Source of the DNA: a virus | Taxonomy: Duplodnaviria; Caudoviricetes | DNA length: 63,486 bases | Virus record (IMG/VR): IMGVR_UViG_3300032283_000137 | Span: 1 to 63,486 of that record | Direction: 5' to 3' (one strand) | In this document: in pieces, positions 40,405 through 48,070 of the stretch | Position numbering within the stretch: the first letter of the stretch is position 1 | Layout of the letters: each line of letters opens with the position of its first letter | Notes under the pieces: generated by a model | Database searches by the model: none | Seen by the model: only the letters and a program-made list of their open reading frames with translations | Told to the model about the DNA's origin: nothing | Translations under genes and position numbers: made by a program

Positions 40405-40457
40405 GATTAAAACTTCCTTTAACTGATGTTGAACTTAGTGATTGATACGATTAAAGA

Positions 40458-41393
40458 CTAAACACATTGAAACGCGCCGAACTTCGACAAGATGCTGTCC
40501 ACATCCCGCTTCACATACGAACGCACTGCGTCACTATCACGGATTAACTCCGCATCCACGCCCATGAGGGCATACTCCAATGAGGCGCGGGCTTCCTCCA
40601 ATTCCGCATTGCCTGTCAGGTTGAACTGCTTAAACGATTCGCACATCTCCTTTGCTTTTTGGATAGTAGAGTCATAAATCTTGCGCTTCTTAACCTTGGT
40701 CTCCCCTGTGTTGTCGTCCACGCCCATGTCCTCCACACCACAGCAATGGCTGATGGACTTCATGACTTCGATGAACCTTGATTGCTGTTCCACCATCACA
40801 TGGGACACTATTTGCTCAGCTTGCTTGCTGTATGTGGCGAACAAATCCTCAGCGATGTCAGATGCAATCCCACAGCGCCAATCACTCATGGGAACCTCGG
40901 ACACAAACAGATTCATGTCGAACCGATGCTCCAACTGCTCCTTGGGCGGGTAGTCTGCGCGGTTGAACATATCGCCCATGCCCGCTGCATTGAACGCCAT
41001 GTTGGACACGATGCTGTCGTAGTCCGCGAGGAACTCGGCCTTCAGCAAAGCAAATTGCGTCTCATGCTCGTGGTACTCTTTCATAAAGACAGGCATGTCC
41101 ACGGAGGGCAGGAGATGGTTGCCCTTGTTCCACGGGTATGTCCTACGCTGAAGCCAGTTATATACTGTCTGCCGATAGTTCGCCAACGCCTTGTGCTTGG
41201 GATGGTCTGCCAACAGATGCTTAACATACCGGCCAGCGTTCTTACTAGCATGCTTTGCCGTAGTAACTTCATTACTGATAACACGGTCTTGCTTGGTAGC
41301 TGACCACACATTGATGTCTACGCACACAAGGACAGCCGATGATGCCAAGCTGATAAGGTGCTGAGGCTTTTGCAATTCCATTTCAATCTCCAT
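40458..41393 (-). CDS. Conserved phage protein (DUF3150-like)
   Basis: INVWSATKQDR...RTYPW...LLP...FNRADYP...FNLTGNAELEEAR; adjacent to the AAA/vWA pair. Confidence 0.6.
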   Translation of the reverse strand: MEIEMELQKPQHLISLASSAVLVCVDINVWSATKQDRVISNEVTTAKHASKNAGRYVKHLLADHPKHKALANYRQTVYNWLQRRTYPWNKGNHLLPSVDMPVFMKEYHEHETQFALLKAEFLADYDSIVSNMAFNAAGMGDMFNRADYPPKEQLEHRFDMNLFVSEVPMSDWRCGIASDIAEDLFATYSKQAEQIVSHVMVEQQSRFIEVMKSISHCCGVEDMGVDDNTGETKVKKRKIYDSTIQKAKEMCESFKQFNLTGNAELEEARASLEYALMGVDAELIRDSDAVRSYVKRDVDSILSKFGAFQCV

Positions 41394-41464
41394 TTAATTA
41401 ACACACCATGTTGCCATGGGACACTAAGTCAGACCGCGCTGAGTGCGCCTTCCGACTTGCTGAT

Positions 41465-41494
41465 AGTATAACACAACTTGACATATGAGTCAAG
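41465..41494 (-). promoter_or_regulatory. Sigma70 promoter with palindromic operator
   Basis: TTGACT-N17-TATACT; CTTGAC-N6-GTCAAG palindrome (41477-41494) over the -35. Confidence 0.8.
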
Positions 41495-41912
41495 GCCTTT
41501 GGGTAACTTTCTCACTTAGATGCGCTTCATCGTCTGCTTCCTTCCCCATGTAGCTTCGGAAGTGGTCTGCATCTCCCCCCATGTAGCCCTCATTGTTCTT
41601 CTTAGGTTTCTCGCCCGCTACTATCCTTGTGAGCAAGATATATAACTCCTCATCTGTCTGATGCCCCACGGGTTCGCCCTCACCTATCCTGTACTCGTAT
41701 GGCGCATCAAGGCTGCAATAGAACAGCGGCCCACTTATGACAGACACCTCTGTCCCGCATGGGAACTCGTACCGCGCGTGATAGTGCTTGCCTAACTTGC
41801 CACCTTGCATTAGCTGTGCTTGGTGTTCGCCATGGGTTACTAAGAACTCCTTGTAGGGTAGCAGTGGCGTGAGAAATATCTCAGCCATGTGGCTCATGTC
41901 ATTGGCTCGCAT
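41490..41912 (-). CDS. Hypothetical protein
   Basis: RYEFPCGTEVSVISG...YC...PYE motif. Confidence 0.6.
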   Translation of the reverse strand: MRANDMSHMAEIFLTPLLPYKEFLVTHGEHQAQLMQGGKLGKHYHARYEFPCGTEVSVISGPLFYCSLDAPYEYRIGEGEPVGHQTDEELYILLTRIVAGEKPKKNNEGYMGGDADHFRSYMGKEADDEAHLSEKVTQRP

Positions 41913-42102
41913 ACTTGTTCAATCCTTTCAAAAGGGTTAGGTCAGTCACTAGGATGTAGTTGGACTTCGCCATGGGTACGATGGTGCGTACGGGAAATGC
42001 CTCTAGCTCTGCGCATGGCATACACATCTTGTATCCAAGCTCCCACCTTGCAGTGGGGTACTGTTCGTCGCACTTGCGGCAATGTGGGGTGTGGTCAGTC
42101 AT
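41899..42102 (-). CDS. C4 zinc-finger protein (DksA/TraR-finger-like)
   Basis: CRKC...RWELGYKMCMPC. Confidence 0.6.
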   Translation of the reverse strand: MTDHTPHCRKCDEQYPTARWELGYKMCMPCAELEAFPVRTIVPMAKSNYILVTDLTLLKGLNKYASQ

Positions 42103-42358
42103 TGTCGTTCTCCACAAGCGAATCGCAGACAGATGTCAGGTGATTACATAGCAGCCATAACTTATGGCCTTCATCGCGCATGGGGTCAGACCCACCATGC
42201 AGGCGTGTGTGGATGGCTTGCATCTTGGGTATTACATGCTCACGCAACTCCTCCACCAAATCAATCAAGGCATCGCGGTATGCCTTGCGCTCATGGAATA
42301 GCTGCTCGAATTGCTGCGCCGTGGCACTCGTTGTGTCGATTAAGTTGTAGTTAGTCAT
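42095..42358 (-). CDS. Hypothetical protein
   Basis: MTNYNL start after aggag. Confidence 0.6.
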   Translation of the reverse strand: MTNYNLIDTTSATAQQFEQLFHERKAYRDALIDLVEELREHVIPKMQAIHTRLHGGSDPMRDEGHKLWLLCNHLTSVCDSLVENDND

Positions 42359-42521
42359 ACTTGTTCTCCTCGTGGTCTTCCACACAAATCAGGGCAACGA
42401 TGCCGAACAGAAACCCACCACAGATAAGCAACGCATCGCCGATGTAGCCCTCTGCGCCAAACCCCGCGCCGATGCTCATGCTTCCAAGCAGGGTAAGTCC
42501 TGCAACTAGTAATGCACTCAT
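42351..42521 (-). CDS. Small two-TM protein, absent from the ORF track
   Basis: MSALLVAGLTLLGSMSIGAGFGAEGYIGDALLICGGFLFGIVALICVEDHEENKYD; ATGA coupling. Confidence 0.6.
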   Translation of the reverse strand: MSALLVAGLTLLGSMSIGAGFGAEGYIGDALLICGGFLFGIVALICVEDHEENKYD

Positions 42522-42739
42522 TTCGATTCCTTTCTTGCTTTGTTTAATTCAAGACATTCTTTACACACAAAAATCATGTTCGGCCCTGATAGGCGTTGCG
42601 TCCCGCCGCTGGTGTATTTGTCCTGTTGGCATTGCCAACACAGGCGTTTGTGGGTAGCCCGCCATATGAGGTTCTCTCTGAGCGACTGATTCACCTTGTT
42701 TTTGTAGGCGTAGGCATTGAAAACCCCCGTTCCTCTCAT
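42518..42739 (-). CDS. Zinc-finger hypothetical protein
   Basis: CWQC...CKEC. Confidence 0.6.
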   Translation of the reverse strand: MRGTGVFNAYAYKNKVNQSLRENLIWRATHKRLCWQCQQDKYTSGGTQRLSGPNMIFVCKECLELNKARKESK

Positions 42740-42927
42740 GGCAGTTGCCCCTTTGGGTAGGTGTATGTATACACAATGTCATAACCAAGCCCCCGCACAC
42801 AGGTCAGAACGCGCTCAGTCAGAGTGGTCGTTCCTGCAATGGCGGCAAAGCGCATGGCATCTTCGCAAGTGGGGTACAACACAGTATTGCCGTACTGACT
42901 GCGTATCTCAACAGTTATAGATTTCAT
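42736..42927 (-). CDS. Hypothetical phage protein
   Basis: YGNTVLYPTC...FAAIAGTTTLT...LGY; ggag RBS. Confidence 0.65.
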   Translation of the reverse strand: MKSITVEIRSQYGNTVLYPTCEDAMRFAAIAGTTTLTERVLTCVRGLGYDIVYTYTYPKGQLP

Positions 42928-42955
42928 AGTTAATCTCCAATGGATGGGTGGGGCG

Positions 42956-43183
42956 TTATGTGAGCAGTTGGACTTCGGTCACGGCAAAGAGATTGATTTC
43001 GCCATCCTCGTTGTGTGCGTCAGCTTGGTTGCACAGCCATGCCTCGTAGTCGGCATCGGCCTTGTCCATGTAGGCGTTGCAGGGCTTGCCGCCCATTGTC
43101 AGCACATAGATAGTGATTTCAATAGGTTGGTCGGCATTGTCAGCCTCAAGCTGGTCGAGGTAGAGGTTCTTCATCTGTCCCAT
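42956..43183 (-). CDS. Hypothetical acidic protein
   Basis: aggag RBS. Confidence 0.6.
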   Translation of the reverse strand: MGQMKNLYLDQLEADNADQPIEITIYVLTMGGKPCNAYMDKADADYEAWLCNQADAHNEDGEINLFAVTEVQLLT

Positions 43184-43250
43184 GGTGTTCTCCTAAATGA
43201 TAAAAAGGTTAGAACGGGGCGTGGTAGCCCCGCTGTCGGTCAATAAACAA

Positions 43251-43583
43251 TCAGATGTTGTCGTAGCCTGTGCAGAAGGCCCAGAGTGCGGCCTCGCTGT
43301 CTGGCTCATGGATGGTCAGCCCATCGAACTCGTTGTCGATGTCACCAAACTCGTCGTGGTCGTATGGTCGGTCTAGGAACTCAAGGTTCTGTGTGTGGTA
43401 ATGGTCGATGCGGAACTCAGTCTTCATATAAGAGTCCACTCCGTCATGGGAGGCTTTGTAGTCCTGAGCTTTGTGAGCTTGGGGTGTAGGCCGGTACTGC
43501 TTGCGTAGGTGGCGAGGCAGGGATGCGAGCCATGCGGTGGCATCGCGCTGTTGTTCGGCTGTTGCGGTCATAAACGATAGCAT
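43251..43583 (-). CDS. Hypothetical early protein
   Basis: aaggag RBS; first gene after the promoter at 43672-43700. Confidence 0.65.
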   Translation of the reverse strand: MLSFMTATAEQQRDATAWLASLPRHLRKQYRPTPQAHKAQDYKASHDGVDSYMKTEFRIDHYHTQNLEFLDRPYDHDEFGDIDNEFDGLTIHEPDSEAALWAFCTGYDNI

Positions 43584-43671
43584 TGTGTTACTCCTTCGAG
43601 GTTTGAAATCCCACGCATGCGTGGGGAACTGATTAACGGTGAACTCATCTTCTTCTACGCCCTACGCCCCC

Positions 43672-43700
43672 ATTGTAGGCGATTTTGACTCTTATGTCAA
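43672..43700 (-). promoter_or_regulatory. Sigma70 promoter with palindromic operator
   Basis: TTGACA-N17-TACAAT; TTGAC-N6-GTCAA palindrome at 43685-43700. Confidence 0.8.
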
Positions 43701-43744
43701 GTCTTTATTTACAATAGTTACCTAGTGGCGGGTCGGGTTGGGGC

Positions 43745-44119
43745 TTGTTCTATTTGTTCTACTTGTTCTATTTTTGTGACTTTACCTATAGAACGGGATT
43801 TTGTGGGTGCGGCGTTGCTAAGTCGTTGATTTCATTCATAAAAAAATATTTTTTAGATAGATAGAGAGAGGTTTGTTCTAATGTTCTACTGTTTTTGAAA
43901 GGGTATGCCGTTATTTTTGCGTTTTTTACGATTGGCCTTGCAGTTGCCGCTAAAGGGTCTTGCTCAGCATTTTCTTAAAAAACCAGACCCCCTTCCTGAA
44001 AAATCGTAGAACATTAGAACAAATCCCGTTTTCTCCTTTAGAATCAAGGACTTAGCTTGTTCTACACACCCAAAAAAAGTAGAACAAACGCCGTTTTGTG
44101 GAACAGAAACTTAGAACAA
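43745..44119. repeat. Iteron-like (T/A)TGTTCTA array in inverted arrangement with two IHF-consensus sites (candidate origin/packaging site)
   Basis: (T/A)TGTTCTA at 43745, 43754, 43763, 43873, 43881, 44057; TAGAACA at 44007, 44015, 44080, 44112; WATCAANNNNTTR at 43819-43831 (-) and 44042-44054 (+). Confidence 0.75.
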
Positions 44120-44353
44120 ACGCCATTTTCTATCGCGTACCGTTTGCTTAAACCAAGTATATGTATAATTTGTCTCGTGGTTTACCGTTTTCTTAATTCA
44201 CAGAGCCAAATTTCGTGTACTTCGTTTACCGTTTTCTTATCCCACGCAGACGTGGGACGCTATTTAGTGGCTTGGCTAGGCTTGGCGCGCTCGCACCCGA
44301 CCCTCGCCTCGCGCGCGCCCCACTATATAACTGGTATCAAAAGCGGCGGGCGC

Positions 44354-44388
44354 AAAAAAACCCGCTAGGCCTTGCAGCCTAGCGGGTT
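44354..44388 (-). terminator. Rho-independent terminator
   Basis: aacccgctaggc-loop-gcctagcgggtt followed by a T run on the - strand. Confidence 0.85.
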
Positions 44389-44399
44389 CAGTCCCCTAA

Positions 44400-45053
44400 T
44401 TATTCTTTATTGTATGCAGCCCAGAATGCATCCCTTGCCATTCTGAATTTCAGCGGGTCGGCGGTAGCATCTCCGTTTTTCTTTTTCACCTTAGCAGACC
44501 CGTCCAATTGGTCGAATGCTTTCTTTACTGATTCAGTAAATGTAACCAGCGTACGGGTGCGGGCTGCACTAGGTGTAGTCTCAGCGATTACCGCCTTTGC
44601 TGCCCGTACTAAATCGTTGAAACGATTCACCGCATAATTTTTCATCGCCTCACGATATCGCTCGACAATTTTGCGCCATTCGGGGTCATCCTTTGTCATC
44701 TTGCCATACTCATGAGTAGACAGATTCATAAGGTAGTCAGCGCTGATTGTCCGGCGCTCATGTTCGCCCGTCAGTTTGGATGCGTCAAGGGTTATCTCAG
44801 CGATGTAATTTCCGCCGATATTCACAAAGGTAATGGCGGGATGCAAAGCGCCCCATTTTTTGTAATAACCCGCTTTCAATTCATCCTTTGATTCTTCGGG
44901 ACACTCAGCGGGAAAACCCGCAATTTTTCCAATGGCATACTTTGCCATTTCCTGTACCTTGCCTGTGACGCCCGCATGAGCGAATGCAAAATCGGACAGG
45001 TTTTTGAAAGACAGGGTTTCGCCTGTCGCGGTAGTTTTTTCGGCTTTTGCCAT
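44400..45053 (-). CDS. Hypothetical early protein (own promoter and terminator)
   Basis: MAKAEKTT start after agga. Confidence 0.7.
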   Translation of the reverse strand: MAKAEKTTATGETLSFKNLSDFAFAHAGVTGKVQEMAKYAIGKIAGFPAECPEESKDELKAGYYKKWGALHPAITFVNIGGNYIAEITLDASKLTGEHERRTISADYLMNLSTHEYGKMTKDDPEWRKIVERYREAMKNYAVNRFNDLVRAAKAVIAETTPSAARTRTLVTFTESVKKAFDQLDGSAKVKKKNGDATADPLKFRMARDAFWAAYNKE

Positions 45054-45115
45054 GGTAGCATTTCCTATAAAAAAGGGAAAGAAAATCGTCAGCGCATAAT
45101 CACGCTGACAATGTA

Positions 45116-45144
45116 AGTATCTCATATCTCACGCCATAAGTAAA
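45116..45144 (-). promoter_or_regulatory. Sigma70-like promoter
   Basis: TTTACT-N17-GATACT; spacer tatgg...tatga resembles that of 45758-45786. Confidence 0.6.
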
Positions 45145-45231
45145 GTATCACGCCGGAGATGGGATACTAAATAGGCGCTCGACCACGCTCGCCACACGCG
45201 CGCGGCAGAAAATAACTGGCATCAAAGGGCC

Positions 45232-45257
45232 AAAAAGAAGGGGGCCGAAGCCCCCTT
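45232..45257 (-). terminator. Terminator with cUUCGg hairpin
   Basis: aagggggc-ttcg-gcccccttcttttt. Confidence 0.8.
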
Positions 45258-45259
45258 GG

Positions 45260-45472
45260 TTACATGTAGTGGACGTTGGCCTCTTCCTCGCCCCAGTTCT
45301 CTTCCTCGCGGATGTCTTCGCGCACCGTCTTGTAGATGCATCCCGCGAGGAACCCACCGATTAGCAGGGCGACGAGGTGAGCGTAGCCGTGTCCGTTAGG
45401 ACCGCCCTCCCAACCAAACCCAATGAAGACCATTGTGATGACTGTCATAAATACATATGCTACTGATTTCAT
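45260..45472 (-). CDS. Small two-TM protein with acidic tail
   Basis: aggag RBS; two hydrophobic segments. Confidence 0.65.
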   Translation of the reverse strand: MKSVAYVFMTVITMVFIGFGWEGGPNGHGYAHLVALLIGGFLAGCIYKTVREDIREEENWGEEEANVHYM

Positions 45473-45487
45473 GTTAGCTCCTAAGAT

Positions 45488-45503
45488 GGGGGCCGAAGCC
45501 CCC
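45488..45503 (-). other. Intergenic cUUCGg hairpin without U tract
   Basis: gggggc-ttcg-gccccc directly before the RBS of 45472. Confidence 0.6.
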
Positions 45504-45508
45504 GTTGG

Positions 45509-45712
45509 TTAATACACTGCGCGGCGACCGCCGAGCATCGTGTTCCGCTTGCCGTACACCACCGAGTAGCGGGGCTTGTAGCACCGTGCCCACTCGATAG
45601 CGTCTGCCTCATTACGGGCCCACCACACATGGGCGTATCCGCTGTTCCTATCCATCGCCACCACTTGATACCAAGTGAACCATTTCCATACATAGATGAT
45701 TGATGCAATCAT
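45509..45712 (-). CDS. Hypothetical first early protein
   Basis: aggag RBS downstream of the promoter at 45758-45786. Confidence 0.6.
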   Translation of the reverse strand: MIASIIYVWKWFTWYQVVAMDRNSGYAHVWWARNEADAIEWARCYKPRYSVVYGKRNTMLGGRRAVY

Positions 45713-45757
45713 GTTTGCTCCTGTGTCTGCCCTGCGGGATTGCTTGGCATTGATTGA

Positions 45758-45786
45758 ATTATCTCATAAACCACCCCATATGTCAA
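45758..45786 (-). promoter_or_regulatory. Sigma70 early promoter
   Basis: TTGACA-N17-GATAAT. Confidence 0.75.
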
Positions 45787-45936
45787 GTTTGGCACCGGAG
45801 ACCCCCCTCACCCCCACCCCCCAAGCCGCCGCGCGGGTCCCATCCGCCCCCCTATACACTTAGCAGCAGACAAACGATTACCCCAATTTCCAAAACACCC
45901 CCCGTCACTAAATCCAAACCCCGTGTAAAAAAATTT

Positions 45937-45966
45937 TTTACAAAAAATTTCCAAGTGCTATATACT
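45937..45966 (+). promoter_or_regulatory. Late-arm sigma70-like promoter, probably leaderless
   Basis: TTTACA-N18-TATACT ending 6 nt before ATG 45973; A/T tracts upstream. Confidence 0.55.
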
Positions 45967-45972
45967 GGCGCT

Positions 45973-46548
45973 ATGACATCTCCGTTAGTACCGACTATCG
46001 AGGAGAACATTCCTCTACCAGACAACTCCAAGGAAGCCTTTCCTGAGCTCACTCCTGCTCAGGAATTGGAGATGCGCGCCAATGTAGTTAAGCTCATGTC
46101 AGACTTAACAGGGTCACCCATATCTCCCACAAGTGACAACATGGACCAAGCTAAACAGCTGGCCCGCGACATGATCACCGACTCCCGGCATCGGCCCGAC
46201 TTTGCCAAGTACCCCAACGAAACACTTGCCTTACTAGCGGGCATGGTTGCCCAGATGAACGTATCTATAGTGGAGGAGCTCTCCGACTTCAAGATGTACG
46301 TCGTTAATAAGCTGGTGCAGGAGGTGGAGAATGCCCGAGACCCTAAGGTACGCATCTCTGCTATTGCTAAATTAGGTGAAGTTGATGGGGTGGACGCATT
46401 TAAGAAGCGCACAGAAATCACTCACAAGATACAAACCATTGAAGAGGTCGAAAAAGAGCTACTTGAGACCCTCGGGGCACTGGAAAACCGCGCGATCGAC
46501 GTAGAAGCGCGCGAAATTGTCCAACTAGAACAGCTAGTCGATGAGTGA
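45973..46548 (+). CDS. terS: Putative terminase small subunit
   Basis: Immediately upstream of and overlapping terL; RISAIAKLGEVDGVDAFKKRTEITH; the longer start in the ORF track runs through non-coding C-tracts. Confidence 0.6.
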   Translation: MTSPLVPTIEENIPLPDNSKEAFPELTPAQELEMRANVVKLMSDLTGSPISPTSDNMDQAKQLARDMITDSRHRPDFAKYPNETLALLAGMVAQMNVSIVEELSDFKMYVVNKLVQEVENARDPKVRISAIAKLGEVDGVDAFKKRTEITHKIQTIEEVEKELLETLGALENRAIDVEAREIVQLEQLVDE

Positions 46549-48064
46549 AGTCCTAAAACTGACCCCAGAACAGCTATTTAAGCTGCGGCAGGCGTTGCCA
46601 AAGATGCCTGAGAAGCAGAAAAGGCGTGTTCTTGAGCTTTTGAAGACCTACGACACCCAAATAACGCAGAATTTGGGCAAGGAGAGCTTCCTAGACTTCG
46701 TAAAACACGTCTATCCGGGGTACAAAGTCGGTCCCCACCACCTAAAACTAGCCCAAATCTTTGAAGATATTGCCAATGGCAAGAAGAAGCGGGTCATTGT
46801 TAATATCGCTCCGCGCCACGGCAAGTCTGAGCTCATTTCCTACCTTGCACCAGCATGGTTTCTGGGTAAATACCCTCAGAAGAAGATCATTATGTCGTCC
46901 CACACAGCCGATCTGGCTGTGAATTTTGGTCGGCGCGTGCGTAACTTGGTGGGTTCAGAGCCGTACCGGGACATATTCCCGCAGATTGAACTGCAAGCTG
47001 ACTCAAAGTCAGCCTCACGTTGGGGGACAAACTTTAATGGCGAGTACTTTGCTATCGGTGTCGGTGGCGCTCTTGCTGGGCGCGGTGCTGATCTTTTTAT
47101 TATTGATGATCCTCATTCAGAGCAAGAAGCTAAAACTGGAAAGCCCGAAGTCTTTCTTCCTGCTTGGGAGTGGTTTCAGTCTGGCCCTCTCCAGCGCCTT
47201 ATGCCGGGAGGCGCGATTGTGGTTGTTATGACCCGTTGGTCAAAGCTCGACTTGACTGGGCAAATTGTGTCCCAGATGAACAAGGAAGAGGGCGTTGACC
47301 AGGGGGAAGTGATTGAGTTTCCGGCAATTAAGGACGACGGAGAAGCTCTGTGGCCTGAGTTCTGGCCCGTGGAAGAATTGCTTGCTAAGAAGGCCGCGCT
47401 AGATGTGCGCTACTGGAATGCCCAGTACATGCAGAACCCTGTCTCGGAAGAGGGCGCGCTTATCAAGCGGGAATGGTGGCAGATATGGGATAAGGAAGAC
47501 CCGCCCGTATGCGACTTCACTATTATGAGTTTGGATGCGGCACAGGAAGCTTCCAACCGATCGGACTACAACGCCCTGACTACATGGGGCGTGTTCTTCA
47601 ACGAAGAGACCAACAACTTCGCTATCATCCTACTTAATTCAATTAAGAAACGTCTAGAGTACCCAGAACTTAAGAAGTTAGTTCTAGCAGAGTATAAGGA
47701 GTGGCAACCGGATGCCTTCATGGTGGAGAAGAAGTCCAACGGCTCGGCGCTGTACCAAGAGTTTAGACGAATGGGTATCCCGGTTGGGGAGTTCACTCCC
47801 GGCAAAGGGCAGGACAAGATTGCTCGGGTGAATGCGGTCAGCGACCTGTTTGCATCGGGGATAGTATGGGCCCCGGACCGCAGGTGGGCCAAGGATGTCA
47901 TTGAGGAATGCAACGACTTTCCTAGTGGCACTAACGACGACTTGGTAGACTCTACTACGCTGGCCCTTTTGAGGTTTCGGCAAGGTGGGTTTTTACGTCT
48001 CCCTTCGGATGAGCCGGAGGATGACTTCCTGTACAAGTACCGCAAAAAAGCGGCGTACTATTAA
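46541..48064 (+). CDS. terL: Terminase large subunit
   Basis: NIAPRHGKSE, GRGADLFIIDDP, VVMTRW, AQYMQNP, FPSGTNDDLVDS. Confidence 0.95.
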   Translation: MSEVLKLTPEQLFKLRQALPKMPEKQKRRVLELLKTYDTQITQNLGKESFLDFVKHVYPGYKVGPHHLKLAQIFEDIANGKKKRVIVNIAPRHGKSELISYLAPAWFLGKYPQKKIIMSSHTADLAVNFGRRVRNLVGSEPYRDIFPQIELQADSKSASRWGTNFNGEYFAIGVGGALAGRGADLFIIDDPHSEQEAKTGKPEVFLPAWEWFQSGPLQRLMPGGAIVVVMTRWSKLDLTGQIVSQMNKEEGVDQGEVIEFPAIKDDGEALWPEFWPVEELLAKKAALDVRYWNAQYMQNPVSEEGALIKREWWQIWDKEDPPVCDFTIMSLDAAQEASNRSDYNALTTWGVFFNEETNNFAIILLNSIKKRLEYPELKKLVLAEYKEWQPDAFMVEKKSNGSALYQEFRRMGIPVGEFTPGKGQDKIARVNAVSDLFASGIVWAPDRRWAKDVIEECNDFPSGTNDDLVDSTTLALLRFRQGGFLRLPSDEPEDDFLYKYRKKAAYY

Positions 48065-48070
48065 GGATAG

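Noticed and set aside
43745-43770. LexA (SOS) boxes
   Set aside because: Spacing is GTTC-N5-GTTC, matching neither the alphaproteobacterial GTTC-N7-GTTC nor CTGT-N8-ACAG.
43745-44239. CRISPR array
   Set aside because: Repeats are only 8-13 bp, partly inverted, and there is no cas operon; the Cas4-like gene is a common stand-alone phage exonuclease.
44057-44368. 103-aa + strand ORF
   Set aside because: It runs through the repeat and regulatory region against local gene orientation, with a TTG start and no RBS.
45754-45972. N-terminal extension of terS shown in the ORF track
   Set aside because: It translates C-runs and promoter DNA into Pro-rich sequence; ATG 45973 is more plausible.
47295-47315. 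terL DQGEVIEFPA where DQWEV might be expected (possible recoding)
   Set aside because: A single TGG-to-GGG substitution or sequencing error explains it; genes read normally in the standard code.
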